Positions 38,717-47,794 of a stretch of DNA of 64,000 nt are shown piece by piece. The translations under genes and the position numbers were made by a program. The notes beneath the pieces were generated by a model. It saw only the letters and a list, made by a program, of their open reading frames with translations. It was not told the DNA's origin and did not search any database. The first letter of the stretch is position 1; every line of letters starts with the position of its first letter. Origin of the DNA: an uncultured delta proteobacterium (GTDB lineage Bacteria; Myxococcota; Myxococcia; Myxococcales; Anaeromyxobacteraceae); the NCBI GenBank assembly GCA_963814585.1, contig CAWFDF010000014.1, positions 448,001-512,000 of the forward strand, read 5' to 3'.

Positions 38717-39490
38717 TCAGCTCCCGATCAGCCCGCCCAGCGGCGACGAGGCGGCCGCGTGCAGCTTCATGGGGATGCGGCCGGCCAGGTAGGCCTGGCG
38801 CCCCGCCCTGACCGCGTCGCGCATGGCGGCGGCCATCATCACCGGGTCGCGCGCGCCGGCGATGGCGGTGTTCATGAGCACGGCCACCGCGCCCAGCTCG
38901 AGGGCGATGGCGGCGTCGCTGGCGGTGCCCACGCCGGCGTCGACCAGCACCGGCACCGTGGCGCCCTCCATGATGATGCGCAGGTTGTACGGGTTGCGGA
39001 TGCCGAGGCCGGAGCCGATGGGGGCGCCGAGCGGCATGATGGCGGCGCAGCCGGCGTCCTCCAGCCGCCTGGCCGTGACCGGGTCGTCGTTGGTGTAGGG
39101 CAGGACGGTGAAGCCCTCCTTGACCAGGACCCGGGCCGCCTCCACCAGCCCGACCACGTCGGGGAAGAGGGTGCGCGGATCTCCGATGACCTCGAGCTTC
39201 ACCAGGTCGCCCATCCCCAGCTCGCGCCCCAGCCGCGCCGTCCGGACGGCCTCGTCGGCGGTGAAGCAGGCGGCGGTGTTGGGGAGCAGCGTCATGTGCT
39301 TCGGGATCGACTCCAGCAGCGAGGCCTCCCCCTTGGCCGAGAGGTCGAGGCGGCGCACCGCCACCGTGACCACCTCGGCGCCGGAGGCCAGGTGGGCCTG
39401 CTGCATGGTGCGGAAGTCGGGGAACTTGCCGGTGCCCACCAGCAGGCGGCTGGTGAAGGTGTGCTTCCCGATCGACCAGGGGTCGCCCAT
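38717..39490 (-). CDS. thiG: Thiazole synthase
   Basis: [45 protein letters not shown]. Confidence 0.97.
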   Translation of the reverse strand: MGDPWSIGKHTFTSRLLVGTGKFPDFRTMQQAHLASGAEVVTVAVRRLDLSAKGEASLLESIPKHMTLLPNTAACFTADEAVRTARLGRELGMGDLVKLEVIGDPRTLFPDVVGLVEAARVLVKEGFTVLPYTNDDPVTARRLEDAGCAAIMPLGAPIGSGLGIRNPYNLRIIMEGATVPVLVDAGVGTASDAAIALELGAVAVLMNTAIAGARDPVMMAAAMRDAVRAGRQAYLAGRIPMKLHAAASSPLGGLIGS

Positions 39491-39492
39491 GG

Positions 39493-39699
39493 CTACCCTC
39501 CTCCCACGAAGGCCACGATCTCGATCGAGTCGCCCGAGGAGAGCCGGTGCGTCGCGTACCGGTCCTTGGTCACCACCGACTCGTTCACCTCGACCGCCAC
39601 CCTCGTCGTCTTGACCCCGAGGTGGGCCAGCAACGTCTCCACCGTCAACCCATCGGGCAGCTCGCGCACCTCGCCGTTCAACCGGGCCTGGATCGCCAT
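39493..39699 (-). CDS. thiS: Sulfur carrier protein ThiS
   Basis: 68 aa; NGE, VAVEVN, GD.IEIV.FVGGG C-terminus; directly upstream of thiG. Confidence 0.95.
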   Translation of the reverse strand: MAIQARLNGEVRELPDGLTVETLLAHLGVKTTRVAVEVNESVVTKDRYATHRLSSGDSIEIVAFVGGG

Positions 39700-39789
39700 G
39701 AGGGCGGGATTCTCTCCTCGCCCGGCCGGCCGCGTCAAACGGCGGGGCGCCGGGCTGCGGGGGGCCGCCGCCCCGGCTATGCTGCGGCC

Positions 39790-40053
39790 ATGGACCTGCC
39801 CGGCCGCTTCCAGTACCCGGTCGAGTACCCGGTCAAGATCTTCGGGCTGGCCGCCGACGACTTCGCCGAGCACGCTCGCCGGCTGGTGGAGCGGGTGGTG
39901 GGCTCGGCGCCGCCCGGGAAGGTCACGGTGCGGGCCAGCTCGGCCGGCACCTACCACGCGGTCACCGTGGTGGTCGTGCTCACCAGCGAGCCACAGCGGC
40001 TGGCGCTCTACGACGCCCTGCGCGGCGACCCGCGCGTGGTCCACGCGCTGTAG
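39790..40053 (+). CDS. YbeD/DUF493 family protein
   Basis: YP..YP.KI.G, R.SS.G.Y..VT, Y..L...P.V..L. Confidence 0.85.
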   Translation: MDLPGRFQYPVEYPVKIFGLAADDFAEHARRLVERVVGSAPPGKVTVRASSAGTYHAVTVVVVLTSEPQRLALYDALRGDPRVVHAL

Positions 40054-40069
40054 CGGGCGAGGAGCCACC

Positions 40070-41053
40070 CTGGAGCCCACCCTGACCATCGGCCCGCTCG
40101 GCATCGGCGGGGTCATCGATCGGGCCGTGGCCGTCGCGCGCCTCCACTTCAGGCCGCTCTTCGTCGCCATGCTGGTGCTGCAGGCCCCCGCGCTGGCGCT
40201 GGCGCGCCTGGCCTCGGCGGAGGTCCCCTCGCTGCTGCTGGCCGCGACCGACCCCCGCCTGGCCGCGGCGCGGGCCCCGGCCGCCCTGGCGGCGGCCGCC
40301 GGCCTGCTGGTGGCGCTGTTCCTGCTCCAGGGCCTGGCGCTGACCGTCACCGCGGTGATCCTGTCACCGGCGCTGGGCGGCTCGACGGTCGGCGAGGCCG
40401 CCGCGCCGGAGGCGGCCTGGGCGCGCCGGCTGCTGGACGCCGCGGGCACCGGGCTCGTCCAGCAGGTCCTGCTGGTGCTGGCCGCCGGGGTCGGCCTGGT
40501 GCCGGGCCTGCTGCTGCTCCTCACCGCACGCTCCCCGACCACGACGCTCGCCGGCGCCGTCGGCGCGGCCGTGGGGGGGCTGGTCCTCTTCCTGATCGCG
40601 CTGCTCCGGACCATCCTGGCGCCGGTCGTGGTGGGGGTGGAGCGGCTCGGGCCCTGGGACGCCCTGCGCCGCTCGGCCCGGCTGATGGCGCCGCGCGCCG
40701 GCCAGCCGGCCCTGGAGCGGCCGGGCGTGCGGGCCTCGCTGCTCCTCCTCACCACCTTCGCCCTGGTGCTGGCGGTGAACGGCCTGGCCGGCATGCCACG
40801 GGCGGTGGCCGGCGGCCTGGCCGGCGGTGGGCCGCTGCCCTTCCTGCCCGGCGCCCTGCCCCTGCCCGTCGAGCTGGGGCTCTCGCTCTTCGAGCTGGCC
40901 GCCAGCGCGGCCCTCCAGCCCTTCTCGCTGGCGGTCACCGTCGTCTTCTACTTCGAGCGGCGGGCCCGCACCGAGGGGCTCGACCTGGCGGCCTGGGCGA
41001 CGGGCCTGGAAGCGCTCCCGCTCCCGGCGACGCGCGGGGAGGCGGTGCGGTGA
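40070..41053 (+). CDS. Polytopic membrane protein of the MoxR/DUF58 cluster (probable CTG start)
   Basis: PL.IG..IDRA N-terminal motif, AL.RS..L, Y...R.R.EGLDL C-terminal motif; GAGGAG SD before CTG at 40070. Confidence 0.7.
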   Translation: MEPTLTIGPLGIGGVIDRAVAVARLHFRPLFVAMLVLQAPALALARLASAEVPSLLLAATDPRLAAARAPAALAAAAGLLVALFLLQGLALTVTAVILSPALGGSTVGEAAAPEAAWARRLLDAAGTGLVQQVLLVLAAGVGLVPGLLLLLTARSPTTTLAGAVGAAVGGLVLFLIALLRTILAPVVVGVERLGPWDALRRSARLMAPRAGQPALERPGVRASLLLLTTFALVLAVNGLAGMPRAVAGGLAGGGPLPFLPGALPLPVELGLSLFELAASAALQPFSLAVTVVFYFERRARTEGLDLAAWATGLEALPLPATRGEAVR

Positions 41054-41697
41054 GCGCCCCGGGACTGGTGGCCCCAGGGCTGGTTGCCAGCCCGGCCGAT
41101 CGCCAGGCCCTGGCCGCCGTGCTGTCCGACCCCGAGTTCCAGGCCCAGCGCTGGCGTGGCGAGGCCCTGCGGCGCTGGCTGGCCGGCTGGTGGGAGCGGC
41201 TGACCGAGTTCCTCGGCACCGCCGAGGCGGAGCGGTGGGCCGGCCTGGGCCGGGCCGTCTTCTTCGCCGCCGCGGCCGTGGCGCTGCTGCTGCTCTGGCG
41301 CGCGGCCCGCAAGCGCCGGGCCACCACCGCCAGGGTGACGCGGCGCGAGGGGCCGGGGGCGCGGCCGGAGGGCAGGAAGGTCGCGGTGGCCGACGCCGAG
41401 CGCGCCCTGGCCGCCGGCGACGCGCCCGAGGCGGTGCGCCTCGCCTTCCTGGCAGCCATCGGCGCGATCCAGCGGCGGCTCCGGACCGCCATGGCCGAGG
41501 TGCTGACCGGCAGCGAGCTGGCCGGGCGCGTGCCGGACGAGGGATTCGGCCGCCTGGCCCGCCTCCACGAGCGGACCGTCTTCGGCTGCCGCCCCGTGAC
41601 CCTCGAGGAGGCCTCGGCGGCGCTGGCGGTGGCGGCCCGGCTGGCATCGGGATCCCGGGACGACCCCGGCCCGCCCCGGGGCGAGGCGTCGCCGTGA
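41050..41697 (+). CDS. DUF4129 domain membrane protein
   Basis: TM segment, then A...G...EAVR..FLA, T..EL, E...FG; GTGA overlaps at both ends. Confidence 0.7.
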   Translation: MSAPGLVAPGLVASPADRQALAAVLSDPEFQAQRWRGEALRRWLAGWWERLTEFLGTAEAERWAGLGRAVFFAAAAVALLLLWRAARKRRATTARVTRREGPGARPEGRKVAVADAERALAAGDAPEAVRLAFLAAIGAIQRRLRTAMAEVLTGSELAGRVPDEGFGRLARLHERTVFGCRPVTLEEASAALAVAARLASGSRDDPGPPRGEASP

Positions 41698-42833
41698 GCC
41701 GCCGACACGTGGCGGTCGCCGGGGTCCTGGGCGTCGCCTTGCTGGTGGCCGTCGTGCTGGCGTCCCCGCCGCGTGGCGACCCCGCGCTCTCCCGCTTCCC
41801 GTCGACCGGGTCCACCCGGAGTCCGGGGGTCGCGGCCGCCGCCCGCTGGCTCACGGCGACCGGGCGTCCCCACCGCCGGGTGGTGGACGACGCGGCGCCA
41901 CCCCGGGCCGGGGAGGTCTGGCTCCTGCTCGCGCCGGCGCAGGCCCTCGACGAAGGCGAGGTGAGCGCCGTCGTCGACCACGCCAGCGCCGGCGGGGTGG
42001 TGGTCTGGGCGCTCGGCGAGGCCGCCGAGGCCCGGCAGCCCGCGCTGGCGAGGCGGCTCCAGGCGCGGCGCCTGGCGGGTGGCGGTCCAGGGGCCGGCCC
42101 GGGGGCGGGACCCCACCCGCTCTTCGACGGCCTGATCCTGCCCGGCGCCGCCGGCGGCGTGGCCTCGGACCTGCCGGGAGCGCGCGCCGTGCTGGGCGAC
42201 GCGGATCGGCCCGGCGCGGTGGCCATCCCCATCGGACGAGGCGAGGTGGTGCTGCTGCCCGGCCCGGAACTGCTCGACAACCGCCACATCGGCGAGGGCG
42301 ACGCCTTGTCACTCTGGGTGAGACTGGCGGCCCGTGGGCCCATCGCCTTCGACGAGCGGCACCTCCGCCCCGCCGCGCCCAGGCCCATGGAGGGGTCGAG
42401 CCCGCCGGTGCTGCTGGGGCTGCAGCTCGGCCTCGTGGTCCTGCTGCTGGCCGCCGCCGCCTGGCCGCGGTTCGGCGCCCTCCGGCCGCCGCCGCCGGGC
42501 GGGAGCGGGCCGACCACCGGCGACTACCTGGTCTCGCTGGCCGACCTGTACCGGCGCGCCGGCGCCGAGCCGGAGCTGGCGTCGGCCACCTGGGAGCGCC
42601 TGCGGCGGCGGCTGGAGCGGGACGCCGGGGTGGCGGCGGGGCTCCCGGCCGAGCAGGCGGTGCGGCGGCTGGCGCAGGGCGCTCCCGCCGCCGCGGAGGC
42701 CTTCCGTCGCGGCGAGGAGGTCCTGGCCCGCGGCGGTCCTGGCCTCCTGCTGGCGGTGGCCCGGGCCGTGGCCGACGTCGACGCGGCCCGGCGCCGGCGC
42801 GGCCCGGCGCGGCAGCCGGATCGCGCATGCTAG
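41694..42833 (+). CDS. DUF4350 domain membrane protein
   Basis: N-terminal TM, S....G..A...WL, G.G.V, L.N..I, FDE.H, second TM, RFG, DY..SLA.LY.RA. Confidence 0.72.
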   Translation: MSRRHVAVAGVLGVALLVAVVLASPPRGDPALSRFPSTGSTRSPGVAAAARWLTATGRPHRRVVDDAAPPRAGEVWLLLAPAQALDEGEVSAVVDHASAGGVVVWALGEAAEARQPALARRLQARRLAGGGPGAGPGAGPHPLFDGLILPGAAGGVASDLPGARAVLGDADRPGAVAIPIGRGEVVLLPGPELLDNRHIGEGDALSLWVRLAARGPIAFDERHLRPAAPRPMEGSSPPVLLGLQLGLVVLLLAAAAWPRFGALRPPPPGGSGPTTGDYLVSLADLYRRAGAEPELASATWERLRRRLERDAGVAAGLPAEQAVRRLAQGAPAAAEAFRRGEEVLARGGPGLLLAVARAVADVDAARRRRGPARQPDRAC

Positions 42834-42842
42834 ACTCCGCCC

Positions 42843-43817
42843 ATGTCGAACCTGGACGAGGGGCGCGGCGCGTCCGGCGGCCCTCCCGAAGCGCGGGTGG
42901 AGGCCGAGATCGCCAAGGCCGTGGTCGGCCAGGCCGAGCCGGTGCGCCAGCTGCTGGCGGCGCTGGTGGCGGGCGGCCACGTCCTGCTGGAGGGCGTGCC
43001 CGGCGTGGCCAAGACGCTGCTGGCCAAGGCGCTGGCCCGCACCCTCGACCTCCGCTTCGGGCGCGTGCAGTTCACGCCCGACCTCATGCCGGCCGACATC
43101 CTCGGCACCAGCGTGTACCGGGTCCAGGCCGGCACCTTCGAGCTGCGCCGCGGCCCGATCTTCACCGACGTGCTGCTGGCGGACGAGATCAACCGCACCC
43201 CCCCCAAGACCCAGTCCGCCCTGCTGGAGGCGATGGAGGAGCGGCAGGTGACGCTCGACGGTGAGCGGCTGGAGCTGGGGGGCGACTTCTTCGTGATCGC
43301 GACGCAGAACCCCATCGAGTACGAGGGGACCTACCCGCTCCCCGAGGCCCAGGTCGATCGCTTCATGATGAAGATCAGGATGGGCTACCCGGAGGCGGAC
43401 GAGGAGGTGGAGATCCTGCGCCGCGCCGCGGTCCGGGGCGACGGGCACGACCTCGCGGCGGCCGGCGTCGAGGCCGTCCTGGCCCGCGGTGGACTGGCGA
43501 CGCTGCGGGAGCGGGCCCGGAGGGTGCCCGTGGCGCCGCCGCTCCTCGACTACGTGGCGCGGCTGGTCCGAGGCAGCCGGCAGCTGGCGCGCGTCCGTCT
43601 CGGGGGCTCACCCCGCGCCGGGGTGCAGCTGCTGGCGGCGGCCCGGGCCCGGGCGGCGCTGCGCGGCGCCGAGTGGCTCTCGCCCGACGACGTGAAGGCC
43701 TCGGCACCGCCGGTGCTGCGCCACCGCCTCGTCCTCCGGCCCGACGCCGAGCTGGAGGGCGCCAGCGCCGACGAGCTGGTGGCCGAGCTGCTCGACACGG
43801 TGCCGGTGCCACGGTAG
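42843..43817 (+). CDS. moxR: MoxR family AAA+ ATPase
   Basis: [65 protein letters not shown]. Confidence 0.95.
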   Translation: MSNLDEGRGASGGPPEARVEAEIAKAVVGQAEPVRQLLAALVAGGHVLLEGVPGVAKTLLAKALARTLDLRFGRVQFTPDLMPADILGTSVYRVQAGTFELRRGPIFTDVLLADEINRTPPKTQSALLEAMEERQVTLDGERLELGGDFFVIATQNPIEYEGTYPLPEAQVDRFMMKIRMGYPEADEEVEILRRAAVRGDGHDLAAAGVEAVLARGGLATLRERARRVPVAPPLLDYVARLVRGSRQLARVRLGGSPRAGVQLLAAARARAALRGAEWLSPDDVKASAPPVLRHRLVLRPDAELEGASADELVAELLDTVPVPR

Positions 43818-45165
43818 TGCCGATCCCCTCGATCCGGCGATCTGGCTCGCCACCCTGGGGCTGGCCTGGCCGCTGCTGCTGGGCGGCGGCCGGGCCGGCC
43901 TCGCCGCCATGCTGGCGTGGGACGCCGCGGTGATGCTGCTGACCATCGCCGACCGGTGGCTGGCGCCCGCCGCCGGGGGCTTCTCGGCCGGGCGGCGGAT
44001 GCGTGAGCCGCTCACCGCCTTCGCCTCCAACCCGGTCGCGCTGCGCCTCCAGGCCCCGGGCCGGCGGCCGCTCCGCATCGCCCTGGCCGACTCGCCACCC
44101 CCGGGCTTCGACTCGGCCGGGCACCGGAGGGTGCTCGCCCCCCGGCCCGGCCAGGAGCGGAGCGACCGCCCGGACCTCGTCGAGGACCTGGTCGAGTACG
44201 CGGTCACGCCACGCTCCCGCGGCCGGCACGCCTTCGGCGACCTCCACCTGCGGGTCCTCGGCCCGCTTGGCCTGGGCTGGCGACCGGTCCGCCTGCCGCT
44301 GCGGCAGGTGGTGAGCGTCTACCCCGATCTCGGCCTGGGGGCGGGCCTGGCCACCGCCGACCTCGCGGCCATCCCGGACCTCGGCCGGGTCCGCCGCGAC
44401 TCGCGCCTCGGCCGCTCCGAGGGGCGCGAGTTCGCCGCCCTCCGCCACTACCTGGCCGGCGACGACCTCCGGTCGGTGGACTGGAAGGCCACGGCGAGGC
44501 GCGGCTGGCCGGTGGTCCGCGAGTGGCAGCCGGAGCGGAACCAGACCGTCTGGGTCCTGCTCGACTGTGGACGCGGCCTGGGCGCCCCGGTGGGAAGCGG
44601 CCGGACCCGGCTGGACCGCGCCGTCGAGGCCGCGCTGGCCCTGGCGCGCGCGGCCGCAGGGCGCGGCGACCGGACCGGCCTGATCCTCTTCGGGGCGGAG
44701 GTGGAGCGGGTGGTCCCGGCGGAGGCCGGCAGGACCAGGCTCGGCCCGCTGGCGGAGGCCCTCCACCTCGCCGAGTCCCGGCCCGCCGAGGCCGACTACG
44801 GTGCCGCCTTCGACGAGCTGCTGGCCCGCCAGCGGCGGCGGGCCCTGGTGGTCGTCTTCACGGAGCTCTCCGACCCCGAGACCAGCGCGCTCCTGCTGGC
44901 CCGGGCCGAGTTCCTCCGCCGGCGTCACCTCGTCGCCGTGGCCACCATCGCCGACCCCGACCTGGTCGAGGCCGCCACGGCGAGGCCCGAGACCGAGGCC
45001 GCCGCCTTCGCGCGGGCCGCGGCGGAGCGGATCGGGGGAGAGCGGGAGGCCGCCGAGCGGCGCCTGGCCGCGGCCGGCGTCGCCGTGATCCACGCCGCGG
45101 CAGCCGACCTGCCCCGGGCGGTGGTGGCGCGCTACGCGGAGTTGAAGGAGCGCGGGGTCCTCTAG
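43817..45165 (+). CDS. DUF58 (VWA-like) protein (1-nt deletion near 43837)
   Basis: G.EF..LR.Y..GDD.R..DWKATAR, LLD.G motifs; N-terminus VPIPSIR joins the TM segment after a frameshift. Confidence 0.88.
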
Positions 45166-45195
45166 CCTCGGGCTGGGCGCAGCGCCGTGCCGACC

Positions 45196-45235
45196 TTGAC
45201 GTCGTGATGTCGCGATGATATCAGTCCGACATCAC
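45196..45235 (+). promoter_or_regulatory. Promoter (TTGACG, TG-n-TATCAG) overlapped by a palindromic triple-box operator
   Basis: GTGATGTCG 45204-45212 and CGACATCAC 45227-45235 form a perfect inverted repeat centred on the palindrome TGATATCA 45216-45223. Confidence 0.7.
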
Positions 45236-45248
45236 TGGAGGGAACCTC

Positions 45249-46116
45249 ATGGTCCGCGAGAAGCCGAACAAGCCGTCGTCCGGTTGGTCCGCCGTCGTCC
45301 TCGGCGTCGTCCTGGCGCTGGTCGCCGCGGGGGCGCTGGCCACCGGGATCCGGGGAGGCGGGGCGCTGCTGGTGCTGGTCTTCGTGGTCGCGCTGCTCGG
45401 GGCGCTGATCGCCTTCGCCGGCCTCTTCGTCGTCAATCCCAATGACGCCAAGGTGCTCCAGCTCTTCGGCGAGTACGTGGGCTCGGTGCGCGAGGCCGGG
45501 TTCTTCTGGGCCAACCCCTTCTACTCGAAGCGGCGCGTCAGCCTGCGCCTGGTCTCGTTCGAGGTCGGCAAGCTCAAGGTGAACGACCTGGACGGCAACC
45601 CCATCGAGATCGCGGCCATCGTGGTCTGGAAGGTGGTCGACAGCGCCCAGGCGGTCTTCGAGGTCGACACCTATCCCGAGTACGTCCGGGTGCAGGGCGA
45701 GTCGGCGGTCCGGCACCCTGGCCTCGCGGTACCCCTACGACGCCCACGACGACGCCACCCTCTCGCTGCGTGGCAACACCCAGCAGGTGGCCGAGCACCT
45801 CCAGGCGGAGCTCGACGAGCGGGTGCGGCTGGCCGGCGTCAAGGTGCTGGAGGCCCGCATCAGCCACCTGGCCTACGCCCCGGAGATCGCCCAGGCCATG
45901 CTGCAGCGCCAGCAGGCCGGCGCCATCATCGCGGCCCGGCAGAAGATCGTCGACGGCGCGGTCGGCATGGTCGAGATGGCGCTCGACCGCCTCAGCCGCA
46001 ACCAGGTGGTCTCCCTCGACGAGGAGCGGAAGGCGGCCATGGTCTCCAACCTGCTGGTGGTGCTCTGCAGCGAGCGCAGCGCCCAGCCCATCGTCAACGC
46101 CGGGACCCTCTACTAG
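45249..46116 (+). CDS. SPFH/band 7 domain membrane protein (extra C near 45717)
   Basis: Two TMs; [20 protein letters not shown]; after the shift [42 protein letters not shown]. Confidence 0.9.
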
Positions 46117-46129
46117 GGGCGGGGACGGC

Positions 46130-46309
46130 GTGGCCGAGCGGAAGCCCTTCCTGCTGCGGATCGACGCCGGGGTGCTCGACGCGCTCCAGCGGTGGGCCGC
46201 CGACGACCTCCGCTCGGTCAATGGCCAGATCGAGTACCTGCTGCGCTCGGCGCTCCGGCAGGCCGGTCGGGACCTCAGGCCGGAGAAGAGGCCCGCCTCG
46301 AAGGGTTGA
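46130..46309 (+). CDS. Small ribbon-helix-helix (Arc-like) DNA-binding protein
   Basis: K.FLLRID....[20 protein letters not shown]; 13 nt after the SPFH stop. Confidence 0.85.
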   Translation: MAERKPFLLRIDAGVLDALQRWAADDLRSVNGQIEYLLRSALRQAGRDLRPEKRPASKG

Positions 46310-46335
46310 CGAGCCGGGCGCGGGGGAGCGGTGGC

Positions 46336-47557
46336 TCAGGCCGCCGTGCCCGCCGGGCGACGGGCCAGGCGCGCCTGCACCGCCGCCAGCAGGAAGGGGA
46401 CGGCCAGCGCCACGGCGCAGGAGAAGGCGCTCAGGGCCGCCATCCCCCCCAGGCGCCCGTCGGGCTCGACGGTGAGGAGCCGCGTGGAGAGCCCGGCGCC
46501 GAGCGCGCTGGCCAGGTGCTGCACCGCCGACTGGATCGACATGAAGCGGGCTCGCTCGGCCGGGCCAGGCACCCGCGAGGTCAGGGTGTTCATCGCCACG
46601 TTGCGCAGCGAGTTGCCCATCATGAAGGCCACGAAGAGGGGCATCACCGGCATCCAGGGCGGCGGCCAGGCGAAGCCGAAGGCCAGCACGCCGACGTAGA
46701 CGGTCGTCCCCCCCGCCGAGACCACCGGGGCCCCGAAGCGATCCACCCAGCGGCCGGCGATGCGGAGCATCACGAAGGCCACCGCCCCGGCCACCATGTA
46801 GACGATCCCCAGCCGGTCGCGCGGGTAGCCGAGGTTGAGCTGCACGTGGGCCGAGATGTTGGGGATGATGGCGAAGCCGGACATCATGGCCGCGGCGGTG
46901 GAGGCCAGCGAGAGCAGGGCCACCGGGCTGTCGCAGCAGGCTCCCGACCGAGCCGCGCTCCGCCCCCGGGGCCCGGGCCCGCTCCACGTGGCCGCGCATG
47001 GGCGGCATGAGGAGGAGCGCGCCGCCGGCCACCAGCAGGCCGAGCGCCGCCACGGCGAAGAACGGCGTCCGCCAGCTTCCCAGCCGGGCCAGCTCCAGCC
47101 CCGCCGGCACGCCCAGCACCGAGGCCACCGAGAAGGCCCCCATCACGGCGCCGAGGGCCCGACCGCGCCGCTCGCCCGGCACGGCGTCGGCGACGATGGA
47201 GAGCGCCAGCGAGGTGGCCGGGCCGCCGAAGAAGCCGGCCGCCAACCGGGCCGCCACCATGGAGGAGAAGCCGGTCGCCAGCCCGCCCGAGGCGGTCGCC
47301 ACCACCAGCCCGAGCATGGCCACCGCCAGCGCCCGGCGCCGGTCGAAGCGATCGAGGAACGTGGCCCCCAGCAGCCCGGCCACGGCGGCCGCCGCGGTGT
47401 AGGAGCCGCCGACCAGGCCGAGCTGCGAGGCGGGGATCCCCAGCCCGGCGGCGAAGTCGGGGCCGAGCGGCATCACCATCATGAAGTCGAGGACGTTGAC
47501 GAACTGGACGGCGCCGACCAGGAAGAGGAGCGCTCGCTCGGAGATCGGCCGTGGCAC
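46336..47557 (-). CDS. MFS transporter (extra C near 46926)
   Basis: LDFMMVMPLGP, motif A FLDRFDRR, AR..AG.FGGP, RG.A.G; second half GRWVDRFG in the adjacent frame. Confidence 0.88.
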
Positions 47558-47794
47558 GGGCGGGTTGTAGCAGGTCCGCCCGCCACCGCCGGGGCGGCCC
47601 CCTCCCCGTGGCCTCGGGCCGGGGTCCCCATTCCCCCGGGATCCCCAAGCTGGTACATTCCCGCTCCTCGGCGTCGCGAGGCGCCGGGCTCGCCCGGGTG
47701 GCCGGGGAGACGGTGGTGGATGGGCGCGCGGTGCGTGCCCGCGGGTCGGTGGGGAGGCGTGGGGATGGGCGTGGGGTCGGTCGTCGGGTCGCGC

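Noticed and set aside
39700..39789. Possible TPP riboswitch upstream of thiS-thiG
   Set aside because: Only 90 nt shared with the divergent YbeD gene, and no TPP aptamer core (CTGAGA...CCTGA) is visible
47751..47776. G-quadruplex-like run GGGG-AGGCGT-GGGG-AT-GGG-CGT-GGGG upstream of the SNF2 gene
   Set aside because: Such runs arise readily at this GC content, and the stretch may be N-terminal coding sequence; no independent support
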